A DNA stretch of 64,000 nt from Octopus bimaculoides. Taxonomy: Eukaryota. A model generated the notes under the pieces. That model saw nothing but the letters and a program-made list of their open reading frames with translations, was not told the origin of the DNA and did no database searches. The stretch's first letter is position 1, and every line of letters begins with the position of its first letter. The DNA lies in the NCBI RefSeq assembly GCF_001194135.2, contig NC_069005.1, forward strand, positions 7,469,885 through 7,533,884. Reading direction: 5' to 3'. A program made the position numbers and the translations under genes. Positions 1 through 12,649 of the stretch are shown here, piece by piece.

Positions 1-1208
1 ACAACAGAATTACTGGCACAGAATTTATTGGCAATAACGAGACATGTGTGTGTGTGTGTGTGTGTACATGTATATGGATTTATATAAACTGGCTCAAACA
101 CAAGATCTTAAAGATAGCGTGCATGGCATTGAAACTGGGATGTAAAGAGTGATTAATTATTGATGGTGTGTGTGTATGTATATATATACATATATATATA
201 NNNNNNNNNNNNNNNNNNNNNNNNNNNNNNNNNNNNNNNNNNNNNNNNNNNNNNNNNNNNNNNNNNNNNNNNNNNNNNNNNNNNNNNNNNNNNNNNNNNN
301 NNNNNNNNNNNNNNNNNNNNNNNNNNNNNNNNNNNNNNNNNNNNNNNNNNNNNNNNNNNNNNNNNNNNNNNNNNNNNNNNNNNNNNNNNNNNNNNNNNNN
401 NNNNNNNNNNNNNNNNNNNNNNNNNNNNNNNNNNNNNNNNNNNNNNNNNNNNNNNNNNNNNNNNNNNNNNNNNNNNNNNNNNNNNNNNNNNNNNAAGAAC
501 TCTCTCAAAATGCTAAACGTCTCCATATTTTTTGCCAACATTCCCCCTTTTCTATCTCTGAATGCGCAACCTGCCATAGCTGTTGCATTTTTGACATTTT
601 TTGGTAACTTTTGTGCTTTGAACTTATTAGATGTTTGCCAAAGAAAATTTGTCATAAAATAAATTTTTACAGGAGAACGTGTGTATGTATGCTTCTGTAT
701 GTATTTTTTTTTCTTTCTTTTATTATTTTCAGCCATTTGACTGCGGTCATGCTAGAGCACCACCTTTCAGTCAAAGAAATCAACCCCAGGACTTATTCTT
801 TGTAAGCCTCGTATTTATTCTAGCAGTCTCCTTTGCGAAACTGCTAAGTGATGGGGACGTAAACACACCAACATCAGTTGTCAAGCAATGGGGGAGGATC
901 TATAAATACATATAAATATATACATATATTTACAACAGGCTTCTTTCAGTTTCCATCTACCAAATCCACTCACAAAGCTTTGGTCGGCCTGAGAATGAAG
1001 AAGACACATGCCCAAGGTGCCATGCAGTGGGACTGAACCCGGAACCATGTGGTTGGGAAGCGAACGTCTTACCACATGGCCACACCTGCACCTTAGACTT
1101 ACACATGATTCACCTGCATCGATTAGTAACCTTACTATAAAACCATTGCTGTTTCTTCAGGGTCTTCACTTTAATTATCCTTTGATTTAACTGTTTAAAG
1201 TTTTATAT

Positions 1209-1275
<67 letters not shown>

Positions 1276-1933
1276 TACATATATACATACATATATATAC
1301 ACACATAGATACATATAGAAACACATAACTACACATATTTGAATAGATATAGTTATATGTTCCTATGTATATCTATATGTAGCTCTCTCTTTATATATGT
1401 GTAGATATATATATATATATATATATAGGTCAAACCTAATTATTTTTATCTGCATCACTATCTCTCTTTCTCTGTATGCATATGTGTATGTGTGCGTGCA
1501 TGTGTGTGTGTGTATGCATGTGTGTAGGTGTGTGATTATGTGTGCATGTCTGTGTGTGTATATGTGTCTCCCTGGTTCCATGTAATATGTCTGTGTCTGG
1601 CTGTAAACAACTTTAGGAACGATTAGCAGCAGATCATTGTTTGATTGGTTGGAAAGATTGAGATAAGCCTGGTTACGCTCAGTGACTTCTGTTTCATTGA
1701 TGAATGCCACAGTCTCTTCAGATCTGGTTCTAGATACGCACACAAGAAAAGGAAGGAAATTGAGAAAGAACGAGAATTCTGATAATTAAGATATCATATT
1801 CTCTGGAAGCTGGTGATTTCACTCTGTCGGTTAATCATTATGTTGTTGCTAGATACAAACTAGCAAGAAACTTATCAGCTTTGAGTGAATTAATGAAATC
1901 TATGTGGACTGACTATTTTCTCTCCAAATGTGT

Positions 1934-1972
<39 letters not shown>

Positions 1973-3244
1973 AGTGCTGGTGTCACGAAAAATGCACCTG
2001 TGCCAGAGCTATGTAAAAAAGCACTGGTGCTGGTACCACGTAAAAAGCACCCAGTACACTCTGTAAAGTGGTTGGTATTAGGAAAGGCATCCAGCTGTAG
2101 AAACCAAGCCAAAACACACAACTCAAACCTGGTGCAGCTCTCCAGCTTACCAGCTCCATTCAAACCGTCCAACTCATCCCAGCATGGAAAACGGATGTTA
2201 AGTGATAATGATGATGCTATTACACACACACACACACACATGACGGGCTATTTTCAGTTTCCATCTACCAAATCTACTCACAAGGCTTTGGTTGGCCTGA
2301 GGCTTTATTAGACACTTGCCCAAGGTGCCACATCATGGGACTGAACCTAGACCCATGTGGTTGGGAAGCAAGCTTCTTACCACACAGCCACACCTGCTCT
2401 ATGTAGACTGATAACCAATTCCGAATGAGAAGCTTACTGTGTCAGTTACATGATTCACTGAATCCATATGTTATACCTTTTCAAATATACATTTATATAT
2501 ATATATATATATATGTATGTGCATATGTGTGTGTGTAAGACATAGAAAGGTCAGTTAGTTTTGAAAAATAGCTCACATTACTCACATGATATTAGGTGAA
2601 ACAAACGGAGAGAAATAAATATCTTCTAAAATAAAGGCAGGGATATAAAGAGGAAAATTTAAGCATTTGCTTACAATCACAAAATTTACCACCCACCAAA
2701 AAAAACAAACCAGAAAACAAAAACACACACAAAACAAATTATATATATTAGTTCAAAAGTGGAATATATATTATTTGTTTGTTGCCTAAAACAAAGAATC
2801 CTGCCCACAAGATTTGATTTTTTTGTTTTTTATTCCTTGCACTAAATCACTGTATTCTATTTTTTAACTGGTTTGTACTTTTGTACACTGATACAGCCAT
2901 GTGCCTGTGAAGGTGTACGGATCAGTAGTTAGAGCATAGGACTCACAATCATGATGTAGTGAGTTCGATTCCTGGACTGGGCTGCGTGTTGTGTTCTTGA
3001 GCAAGACACTTTATTTCATGTTGCTCCAGTTCACTCAGTTGTAGAAATGATTTGTGACATCACTGGTGCCAAGCTGTATCGACCTTTGCCTCTCCCTTGG
3101 ATGACATCGATGATGTAGAGAGGGTCTGCTAGTCTGCCATAAATAACCTTGCCCAGACTTGTGCCTTGGAGGGGAATTTTCTAGGTGAAATCCCATAGTC
3201 GTTCATGACCAAAAGGGGTCTTTACTCTTTACTCGTATACATAA

Positions 3245-3620
3245 TTGAGACGTGGGCTACTATGAAGAATGAAGAACATCAATTGGCTACAACCCCAAAG
3301 GGGCCACGGAAAGACCCATGCTGGGAATATCATAGTTAGAACATATCCTTAATGAAGCAATTCAAGAACGGAGTGGAGTGAACAGAATACTGGAAATTCC
3401 ACTAAGCTGGACATGTTGTGAGGGTCACAGACAACAAGTGAACCCATGCAGTTGCCAAGTGGCATCCAAGAAATTAGAAAAATCCATTTGGAAGGCCCCT
3501 ATGATGTAGTGGTGATGATTTAGTTAAATGATTTTGACCAAGATGGAAAAGAATGGTGCAGCCCAAAAGGAATTAGAAGTGCATTGTGACTAGTGGTGTA
3601 TAACAACATTCGATTGGTCA
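3245..3620 (+). mobile_element. Decayed RTE LINE C-terminal fragment
   Basis: ETW...AGHVVRVTDNK...KWHPRN...GRPL...DDL motifs with many stops. Confidence 0.7.
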
Positions 3621-4845
3621 GTACAGTGATATTCTAATGCAGACTATTATGAGACTAATCTCCTTAAGCACCCATGTGGTAAAAGTGCCTGTGTAATGCC
3701 ATGTAAAAGCATCCAGCAAACATTGTAAAGTGGTTGGCATTAGGAAGGGCATCCAACCATAGAAATCATGCCAAATCAGACGGGTCTGGTGGAGCTCCCC
3801 AGCTTGCCAGCTCTGGTCAAACCATCCAACCCATGCCAGCATAGACAATGGATGTTAAATGATGATGATGTTGACCTATGCTAGTTTTGCCTGCTTTCCG
3901 TTAACCCTGCCCCACTCTAATGTTTCCACAACTAAAAACTACAAAATAATGCACTTACCAAGAGCTTCATCACATGTACCCTGACACCGACAAATTGCTG
4001 ACTACACAAGGGAATGGAATAACTGACAAAGAAAGACCCCCTTGAACATTCAAGAGGGGCACTGTTACTGTAGAAACTTCCCCTCTCACAATCTCTACCA
4101 CTGTATGTACAACAACCTCCAAACACCGAGATGTCACCAACAGCCCAGAATACAACTGCACCCCAGAACATTAATGCAGGTCACATGGCCGTGTCGTTAT
4201 GATGTTTGCTTCACGATTGCATATTTCCGTGTTTGATTCTACCGTGTGACATCTTGGACAAGGGTCTACAACCATAGCTTAGGGTTGGCTGAAGACCCGC
4301 AAATGAAATTGGGGAAGCTCGTTGGACTGTATCTTTCCTTAGGTGGAACACTTTACCTGTCACTTGATTTAACACCACCACCAACCAAGCCCTTCCTTGG
4401 AATACCTTTGATTAGAGTTGACTTCAAACTCAACAAGTATCTAAGGTGTGCCCTTGAGACAGCCACTACATCAGGTAAGGGCAACCGCTTTTGAGAAGCA
4501 GGCTGCATGAGAGATGTCTCATGAGAAGTGGGCTGCATGAAACATCTCACCATCAAATGGGTTGCACTACTGAANNNNNNNNNNNNNNNNNNNNNNNNNN
4601 NNNNNNNNNNNNNNNNNNNNNNNNNNNNNNNNNNNNNNNNNNNNNNNNNNNNNNNNNNNNNNNNNNNNNNNNNNNNNNNNNNNNNNNNNNNNNNNNNNNN
4701 NNNNNNNNNNNNNNNNNNNNNNNNNNNNNNNNNNNNNNNNNTCTACATCACCATTTAATCCGTTACAAATAGACACACATGGATTCCAAAACACATCTTC
4801 GACCAGACTCCTGTTCAGGAGGAGGAGAAAGGAGCTGATTGTTCT

Positions 4846-5080
4846 TATTTCTTTATTGCCTACAAGGGACTAAACATAGAGGGGACAAACAAGGGCAAAG
4901 GGATTAAGTCGATTACATCGACCCCAGTGTGTAACTGGTACTTATTTAATTGACCCCAAAAGGATGAAAGGCAAAGTCGACCTTGGCGGAATTTGAACTC
5001 AGAACATAACGACAGACGAAATAAGCCTAAGCATTTCGCCCGGTGTGCTAACGATTCTGCCAGCTCGCCGCCTTATCCTA
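4846..5080 (-). mobile_element. tRNA-derived SINE family 2 with 18-bp target site duplication
   Basis: rc reads ggcggcgagctggcagaatcgttagc...cctttcatcctttt ggggtcaattaaataagtaccag. TSD aaaggagctgattgttct at 4828-45 and 5081-98. Other copies at 13130-13320, 26800-26965, 39408-39645, 40165-40400, 62335-62510, 62530-62745. Confidence 0.9.
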
Positions 5081-6008
5081 AAAGGAGCTGATTGTTCTCA
5101 GACAGGAGGAAGTAGACAAACAAAGAGAGAAAAGAAACAAAAGTTTGGTATCTCACCCTGGCACTCTGCTACTGGCTCCATGTAAGTCAACCCTGTGGAG
5201 TGAGAGAGAAACAGAATTTAGTACGACTTTAAGTAGGGTAAGACAGCTGAATTAAATCTACCATGAAACATGGTGCTTGTGTAGGCTTTGGGACGGACAG
5301 AGAACCCGTGATTGACACATTAGAAACCAGTAACCAATGATATGAAAATGATGTGAACACAAAATATGAAAATAAATTCAGCTTCCTTATCAACTCTGCT
5401 CCATTTTCTTTCAGTGAAACAGCAGAATTGGTAGAACAGCAGCAGACAAAATTGTGTTTGGTATTTAGTAGCTTCCATTTTTTCCCCTTCAATTCAGATT
5501 TCACTTTTCACCAAGGTTGTCCTTCTGGTGTTGATAAAATAAAATAGCAAATGCCTGTAATCGAGTGCTAAACCTGCACAACCCACCAAAATAACATGTG
5601 GTCTGGAACAAAAAGAACAAAAAGCAAGATGTCATCCCCAACATCATTTTAATGCTCACTTTTCCCATGCTGGTTATTTGGAACAGAAATAAAGATGAAC
5701 TTTTTGATGGAAGGTTTCAATTTGGGCTGCTTTAAAACAGGGAATTTGTGTCAAAGGACCAGCGTTGGTATTGGATGTGGTAGTATCAAAAGGGATAAAA
5801 TGTTAGCAATTAATTATTGGTATGAAATTGTTTTGGAATCAATACTAATACAAGCACATGGGTGGGTGGTAAGAAGCTTGCTTCCCAACCACATGGTCCT
5901 AGGTTCAGTCCCACTATGTGACACCCTGGCCAAGTGTCTTCTACTATGGCCTTGGGCTGACAAAAGCTTTAGGAGTGGATTTGGTAGAAGGAAACTGAAA
6001 GAAGCCCA

Positions 6009-6049
<41 letters not shown>

Positions 6050-6641
6050 AGTGTGTATGTGTTTGTTGCCACCCCCACCGCTTGATAACCAGTGTTGGTT
6101 TGTTTATGTTCCCATACCCTAGCGGTTCAGCAGAAGAGACCAAAAGAATAAGTACAAGGCTTTAAAAAAAAAAGGACTGGAGTCAATTCATTCAACTGAA
6201 AATTTCTTGAAGGCAGTGCCCCAGCATGGCTGCAGCTTAATGACTAAAACAAGTGGGAGAAGAAAAAAAAAAGGGGTTGGGGTAAGGGCTTGGAAATAGA
6301 TTGTCCAGAATGGGATTGGCACTTGTTTAAAGAACAGAGATAAAAACCGGGTATTGAATTTCAGATTTTCTAAATTGATCCCCCCATTATACAGACATAA
6401 TGAAGGGATTAGTAACTAAACTTAGACTGCATAAACAAACTTGACACTCGTACCAACTAAGATAATGGAATTTTAGTCTCACTTTCTTCATTTAAACAAA
6501 GACTATTTAAGTCTGCCAACTAAGTCTAAACAGAAGGATTTATTGGCGTGAGTAGGAGTTTCCATGGTGGAATTTTTTCATTCGTTTGATTAATTTCATT
6601 GTTCGAGAGACTTGTTTTATATTTAAAACTCGAAAAATAAT

Positions 6642-7426
6642 TTAACTCTTTAGCATTCAGATTGCTCAGTCAAATGTAATTCTTATTTATTCACGTTGAT
6701 TTGAATTAATCATGCATTGTCTTGTAGCTTTGAGATTTCAATGATGTGGTGGGCCTCACGGAGGCAATAACCAAGACCTTTGGCATTATGTCGTGCTTGA
6801 GAAGAAGACCCATCAAGCCGAGCAAAATTGCAGTTGTGGCAGATACTGGTGTCACGCAAATTGGCACCCATGACGGTGGCGCATAAATGCACCCTGGTGT
6901 TATGCAAATGGCACCCTTGCCGGTGGCATGTAAAAGCACCCATTACACTCTGAGTGGTTGGCATTAGGAAGGGCATCCAGCTGTAGAAACCCATGCCAAA
7001 TCAGACTGGAGTCTGGTGCAGCCTTCCAGCGTGTCAGCCCAGTCAAACCGTCCAACCCATGCTAGCATGGACAACAGACATTAGATGATGATGATGTGGT
7101 TGTTTATTTTTAGAATGTCATTGTAGGGTAGGTGTGAGAGGCCAGATCTGATCAGTTTGAACATGAAACAAGTAGAATATTTAAGCCAGACATGGCTGAT
7201 TTAACCCTTTAGCATTCAGATTATTTTGTCAAATGTAATTCTTATTTATTCGCATTGTTTTGAATTAATCATGCATTATTTTAGCTTTGATATTTCAAAG
7301 ATGTGATTGTTTATTTTTACAACAACATTGTAGGGTAGGTATGAGAGGCAGGATCTGGCTGGTTTGAACATAAAACAGGCATGATGTTCGGGCAGGAAAC
7401 AGCTAGTTTAAATGTGAAAGGTTTAA
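6642..7426. mobile_element. Two family-A piggyBac-like MITEs; the first is split by an RTE-tailed SINE (~6775-7096)
   Basis: ttaactctttagcattcag at 6642 and ttaaccctttagcattcag at 7201 with the same internal sequence. Confidence 0.75.
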
Positions 7427-8252
7427 AAGATTGGACTTGTCTATATAACAAAAACAAATGGCGGAGAGAAAAAAAAGTCAGTCACATAGATCTAATATCT
7501 GAAGACAGACACATGGCGAGGTAGTTTACAAGAGTTTAGAGAAGGAAATAGAAAGAAAACAAATGATGGAGTGAAAAAAGAAGGAAGAGGATAAAAACTG
7601 AACAGCAACATGGTAAACAGGATAAAAAGTAAAAGTATGGTATATCCGATTGTGTTATGTTGCTGAATTTAGTGGCTATTTAAGCAGTGTGTTTGTGGAT
7701 GGTTAATGGGTTGTATGTAGTACTGAAGAAGGAGCAAGAACTCCTCAAATATGTATATACACCCACCATCAACTGCATTGCTTACCTAAACGTATTCATA
7801 TGCGAAACATAATTTTCAGTGCTGGCTCTAATTTCTATAGAAAATCTGTAGAAATAACTTCAAATATATATATATATATATTTATTTACACACACACAGA
7901 CTACAGTTTTGTATTTATACTTAACAGTGTCACATGTCAAGACTATTTACATCTCACAGCTGTATGTTTACTTATTTATATATAGACGCGCACATACATA
8001 AGAATTGCTTTAACAATATTGACTGAAATCTAAAATCTGGAAAGCCATACAATACAATAATAATATACCGCTAACTTATAGATATTTATATATATGTAAT
8101 ATATTTATATATATATATCTGTTTTATCGCCCCAGGCACTGTACGTCCCACCTGCACCCCATCCTCACACACTTAACAACATCTTTGGTACCAAATTCCC
8201 CGACCCACATCTGCTTTCTCTGCCTTCACCTCCAACTGATATTCACGACTGA

Positions 8253-8292
<40 letters not shown>

Positions 8293-9399
8293 TATATAAG
8301 GATAATAAGGATAAGCAGTTTTTATTCAGGATATCGTTAAGTTTCAGGAACCCCAATTAATGTTCAAATCTAAATTGAAATAAAACTAAAACGATATGCA
8401 ATTTTCCTTTATTAAATTTAATATACAAGCCTACGAAAATTGGAGGATCTTGGTTCAATTACCGTTGATTAGTCAAAGAATGAATGTGTCTGTTGGCTTG
8501 ACCAGGTCCAAACAACAACAAATATAATTGGTGAGAAACTGGTCAGTGGTGTTAAATTAGTAACATTTAAAACCTCGTTAAGCTGACACCAGTAACCTTA
8601 ATTAATCCAGATTAAAAGCGGTAGATATATAAATGTCAAGTGAGAAATTACAAACGGTGGGCAAAATTGTTTAAAATTAAACTACTTTCAATGAAGAAGA
8701 GAGACTTATAGAATAAGTACCAAACTTAAAACTAAGCGCTGAGGCTGATGTATTCAACGAAACCGTTCATCAAGGCAGTGCCCTAGTATGGCTGCAGTCC
8801 AATGATTGAAACAAGCGAAAGATAAAACGATAAAATAAAAGATACAGCTGAATCTTGTTTTATTGATTAGAAATAATAAAAAAAAAGAATATAAAAAGAA
8901 AAAGAAAAATCAATCAACCCCAGAAATTAGTTTTTCATCGGCCTCCCCGTAGCTCCTTTCTCCCACTAAGATGGCAAAAGAAAGCAATTCTCTATCTCAT
9001 TGTATTGATTCTATCCAGTTTCAACTGTAGCACCGGTTCCACAACATTTGTATAATATCTAACTGTAAGGTTTATGTTAATTGCTTAATAATACTTTTCT
9101 AATTATCTATCTTAATTAGCTCGGTTGAACAATTGTCTCTGTTGACACTAACCACACACACACAAGTATAGTAACTGTTACAGCAATTCTTAGACAGTGG
9201 ACGTTAAATTGTCGCTCCTCCACCTCCTCCCTGGTGTCTTTAGGTGTCCATACTGTTGTAATTGTTTGAGTGAATTCTTTGGTGTGACGATAACTGCACA
9301 GGTGCCTTCAGGAACTATGGTTTTATTTTTTTTTTCCCTTTCCCACATCCAAAAATAATGAATTCTCCTTGTTCTTCTCTGATTAAATCAAAAAATGTT

Positions 9400-9798
9400 G
9401 TTGTTGTTGTTGGCACTCTGTCGCTTACAACGTCGAGGGTTCCAGTTGATCCAATCAACGGAACAGCCTGCTCGTGAAATTAACGTGCAAGTGGCTGAGC
9501 ACTCCACAGACACGCGTGTACCCTTAACGTAGTTCTCGGGGGATATTCAGCGTGACACAGTGTGACAAGGCTGACCCTTTGAATTACAGGCACAACAGAA
9601 ACAGAAACAAGAAGTAAGAGTGAGAGAAAGTTGTGGTGAAAGAGTACAGCCAGGTTCACCACCATCCTCTGCCGGAGCCTCGTGGAGCTTTGGGTGTTTT
9701 CGCTCAATAAACACTCACAATGCCAGGTCTGGGAATTGAAACCGTGATCCTATGACCATGAGTCCGCTGCCCTAACCACTGGGCCATTGCGCCTCCAC
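9400..9798 (-). mobile_element. tRNA-derived SINE family 4; other copies at 21903-22243 and 10858-11170
   Basis: rc head tggaggcgcaatggcccagtggttagggcagcggactc; tail ...gatcaactggaaccctcgacgt.gtaagcgacagagtgccaac(aac)n. Confidence 0.85.
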
Positions 9799-10147
9799 AA
9801 ATCAAAAAATATACAAAGAATATATACAGATGCAGGCATGGCCTGCGTGGTAAGAAGTTTGCCTCTCAACCTCATGGTTTCGGGTTCAGGCCCAATGTGC
9901 AGCACCTTGAGCAAATGACTTCTTCCACTATAGCCTTGGGTCAACCAATGTCTTATGAGGAATTTGGTACAAACAAACAGCGTGGAAGCCCATTATGTCT
10001 ATGTGGTAAGAGGCTTGCTTCCCAACTACATGGTTCTGGGTTCAGTCCCATTGCATGGCACCTTGGGCAAGGGTCTTTAACTATAACCTCGAGCTGACCA
10101 AAGCCTTGTGAGTGGATTTGGTAAATGGAAACTGAAAGAAACCTGTC

Positions 10148-10182
<35 letters not shown>

Positions 10183-12104
10183 TGTATGTATGTATGTGTT
10201 TGTGTGTGTGTGNNNNNNNNNNNNNNNNNNNNNNNNNNNNNNNNNNNNNNNNNNNNNNNNNNNNNNNNNNNNNNNNNNNNNNNNNNNNNNNNNNNNNNNN
10301 NNNNNNNNNNNNNNNNNNNNNNNNNNNNNNNNNNNNNNNNNNNNNNNNNNNNNNNNNNNNNNNNNNNNNNNNNNNNNNNNNNNNNNNNNNNNNNNNNNNN
10401 NNNNNNNNNNNNNNNNNNNNNNNNNNNNNNNNNNNNNNNNNNNNNNNNNNNNNNNNNNNNNNNNNNNNNNNNNNNNNNNNNNNNNNNNNNNNNNNNNNNN
10501 NNNNNNNNNNNNNNNNNNNNNNNNNNNNNNNNNNNNNNNNNNNNNNNNNNNNNNNNNNNNNNNNNNNNNNNNNNNNNNNNNNNNNNNNNNNNNNNNNNNN
10601 NNNNNNNNNNNNNNNNNNNNNNNNNNNNNNNNNNNNNNNNNNNNNNNNNNNNNNNNNNNNNNNNNNNNNNNNNNNNNNNNNNNNNNNNNNNNNNNNNNNN
10701 NNNNNNNNNNNNNNNNNNNNNNNNNNNNNNNNNNNNNNNNNNNNNNNNNNNNNNNNNNNNNNNNNNNNNNNNNNNNNNNNNNNNNNNNNNNNNNNNNNNT
10801 ATATATATATATATATTTTCTTTATATGTGTGTGTGTGTGTGTGTGTGTGAGAGAAGGCATGTGGCTTAGTGGTTAGGGTATTTGGCTTACAATTGTAGG
10901 GTTGTGAGTTCAATTCCCAGTGCTGCATTATTCCCTTGAGCAAGACACTTTATTTCATGTTGCTCCACTCCACTCAGCTGGCAAAAATGAGTAGTGCCTG
11001 TATTTCAAGGGGTCAGCCTTGTCACACTCTGTGTCATGTTGAATCTCCCTGAAAAGTAAGCGAAGAGGCATGTGTGTCTGTGGAGCGCTCAGCCACTTGC
11101 ATGTTAATCTCATGAGCAAGCTGTTCCGGTGATCGGATCAACTGGAACCCCCATCACCATAAACGATGGAGAGCCAGTTTTTATATATACACATACATGT
11201 ATATGTGTATATCTTTGATGTTGGTTTGTTTATGTCCCTGTAAGTTATCAGTTTGGCAAAAGAGACCAATAGAAAAAGTACCAGACTTTAAAAAAACAAA
11301 TACTGGGGTTGATTTGTTTGACTAAACACTTAAAGGTGGTGCCCCAGCATGGCCACAGTCCAATGACTGAAACCAGTAAAAGGTAAAAGAAAGATAGCCA
11401 CAGTATATAACAGCCAAAAGTCTTATGCACATATACATGTATCATCTAATGAGAGAACTCTACAGGGCAGCTACCTCTGCTAGACACAGCAGCCAAATCT
11501 CCCTCAAATCAGAACCAATCAGCTTAGAAAAAGACAATGTTTGATGACTGCACATAGGAAAAACAAAAAAAAAATGACTGAAACGAGGTTTAACATAGAT
11601 TAAAAAAAAAAACAGAAAAGAAAAAGTATCCAGTACACTCTGAAGTGGTTGGCATTTGGAAAGGTTTTCAGCTGTAGAAGGCATACCAAAGCAGACATTG
11701 GAGCTGACACTAAAGCAGACACTTTATTTGAGTTGAGCTGAGACTAAATTACATCAATAGCAGCAACAACAATGCACACATAGAAGAGGTTACTTGACTT
11801 ATATTCTCTAATTAACCACCATGTATAAATTCCAATTGCTGCAAAGACTATTAGCACCACTCATGTCTGTCTCACTCATTCACTGTTTCTATATATGGCC
11901 TTATATATATATGTGTGTGTGTGTGTATAATTATGTATACGAGTGGGTGCTGGAAAGTTCCTGGCTTTCAGTAAAAGAAAATACAAGAGGATCAGTTAAT
12001 TATGATTTTATTCAACAGTGCTCCTTCAGTTTTTCTAAGCCCTGTAAAAGAACTCGGAAAGTTGGGCCTCCAACCAGGCCTTTCGTGATACCCTTAAGAA
12101 CATT

Positions 12105-12286
12105 CCTGGAAGACCTGCCACAAGCGTCAACCCTGGAAATGTGGCAAAAATTCATCAGCTTGTGCATGAGGATTATTGGAGGATAATCAACAATGTTTTG
12201 AAGAGTTTGAGGGACAACATTCAGTAAAAGTGACTGGATCTGTGGATCACAATGCCTCACCCAGTCTAGGAATTGAAGATCACGAG
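12105..12286 (+). mobile_element. Mariner transposase N-terminal remnant
   Basis: GRPATSVNPGNVAKIHQLVHED resembles the GRPxTSxTxENVxKVxELVxED HTH linker. Confidence 0.55.
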
Positions 12287-12615
12287 NNNNNNNNNNNNNN
12301 NNNNNNNNNNNNNNNNNNNNNNNNNNNNNNNNNNNNNNNNNNNNNNNNNNNNNNNNNNNNNNNNNNNNNNNNNNNNNNNNNNNNNNNNNNNNNNNNNNNN
12401 NNNNNNNNNNNNNNNNNNNNNNNNNNNNNNNNNNNNNNNNNNNNNNNNNNNNNNNNNNNNNNNNNNNNNNNNNNNNNNNNNNNNNNNNNNNNNNNNNNNN
12501 NNNNNNNNNNNNNNNNNNNNNNNNNNNNNNNNNNNNNNAATTTAATTCATCTTTCTTCTCCATTTTTAACAAATTTGTTGAGTTTTATGGGATTCCTTTC
12601 CATAAATTCACATAA

Positions 12616-12649
<34 letters not shown>

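Larger units (their letters stand above)
1560..7845 (-). other. Tentative chain of four phase-2 exons (7845-7786, 5192-5157, 4810-4357, 1729 onward)
   Basis: Canonical AG/GT sites and compatible open frames: FSIEIRASTENYVSHMNTF / VDLHGASSRVP / SLVEDVFWNP..gap..GVKSSD / TRSEETVAFINETEVTERNQAYLNLS. No homology recognised, and it overlaps a competing + strand exon. Confidence 0.22.

Noticed and set aside
6531-6548. Micro-exon EGFIG (AG|aaggatttattggc|GTGAGT), which with 8136 would give an RNase III-like GFIGALYV
   Set aside because: Weak acceptor, and the flanking sequence has no RNase III similarity.
12540-12575. KMEKKDELN next to a gap, resembling I-2 KWDEMN
   Set aside because: It lacks the essential aromatic residue and an acceptor, and the far side of the gap is a mariner remnant.
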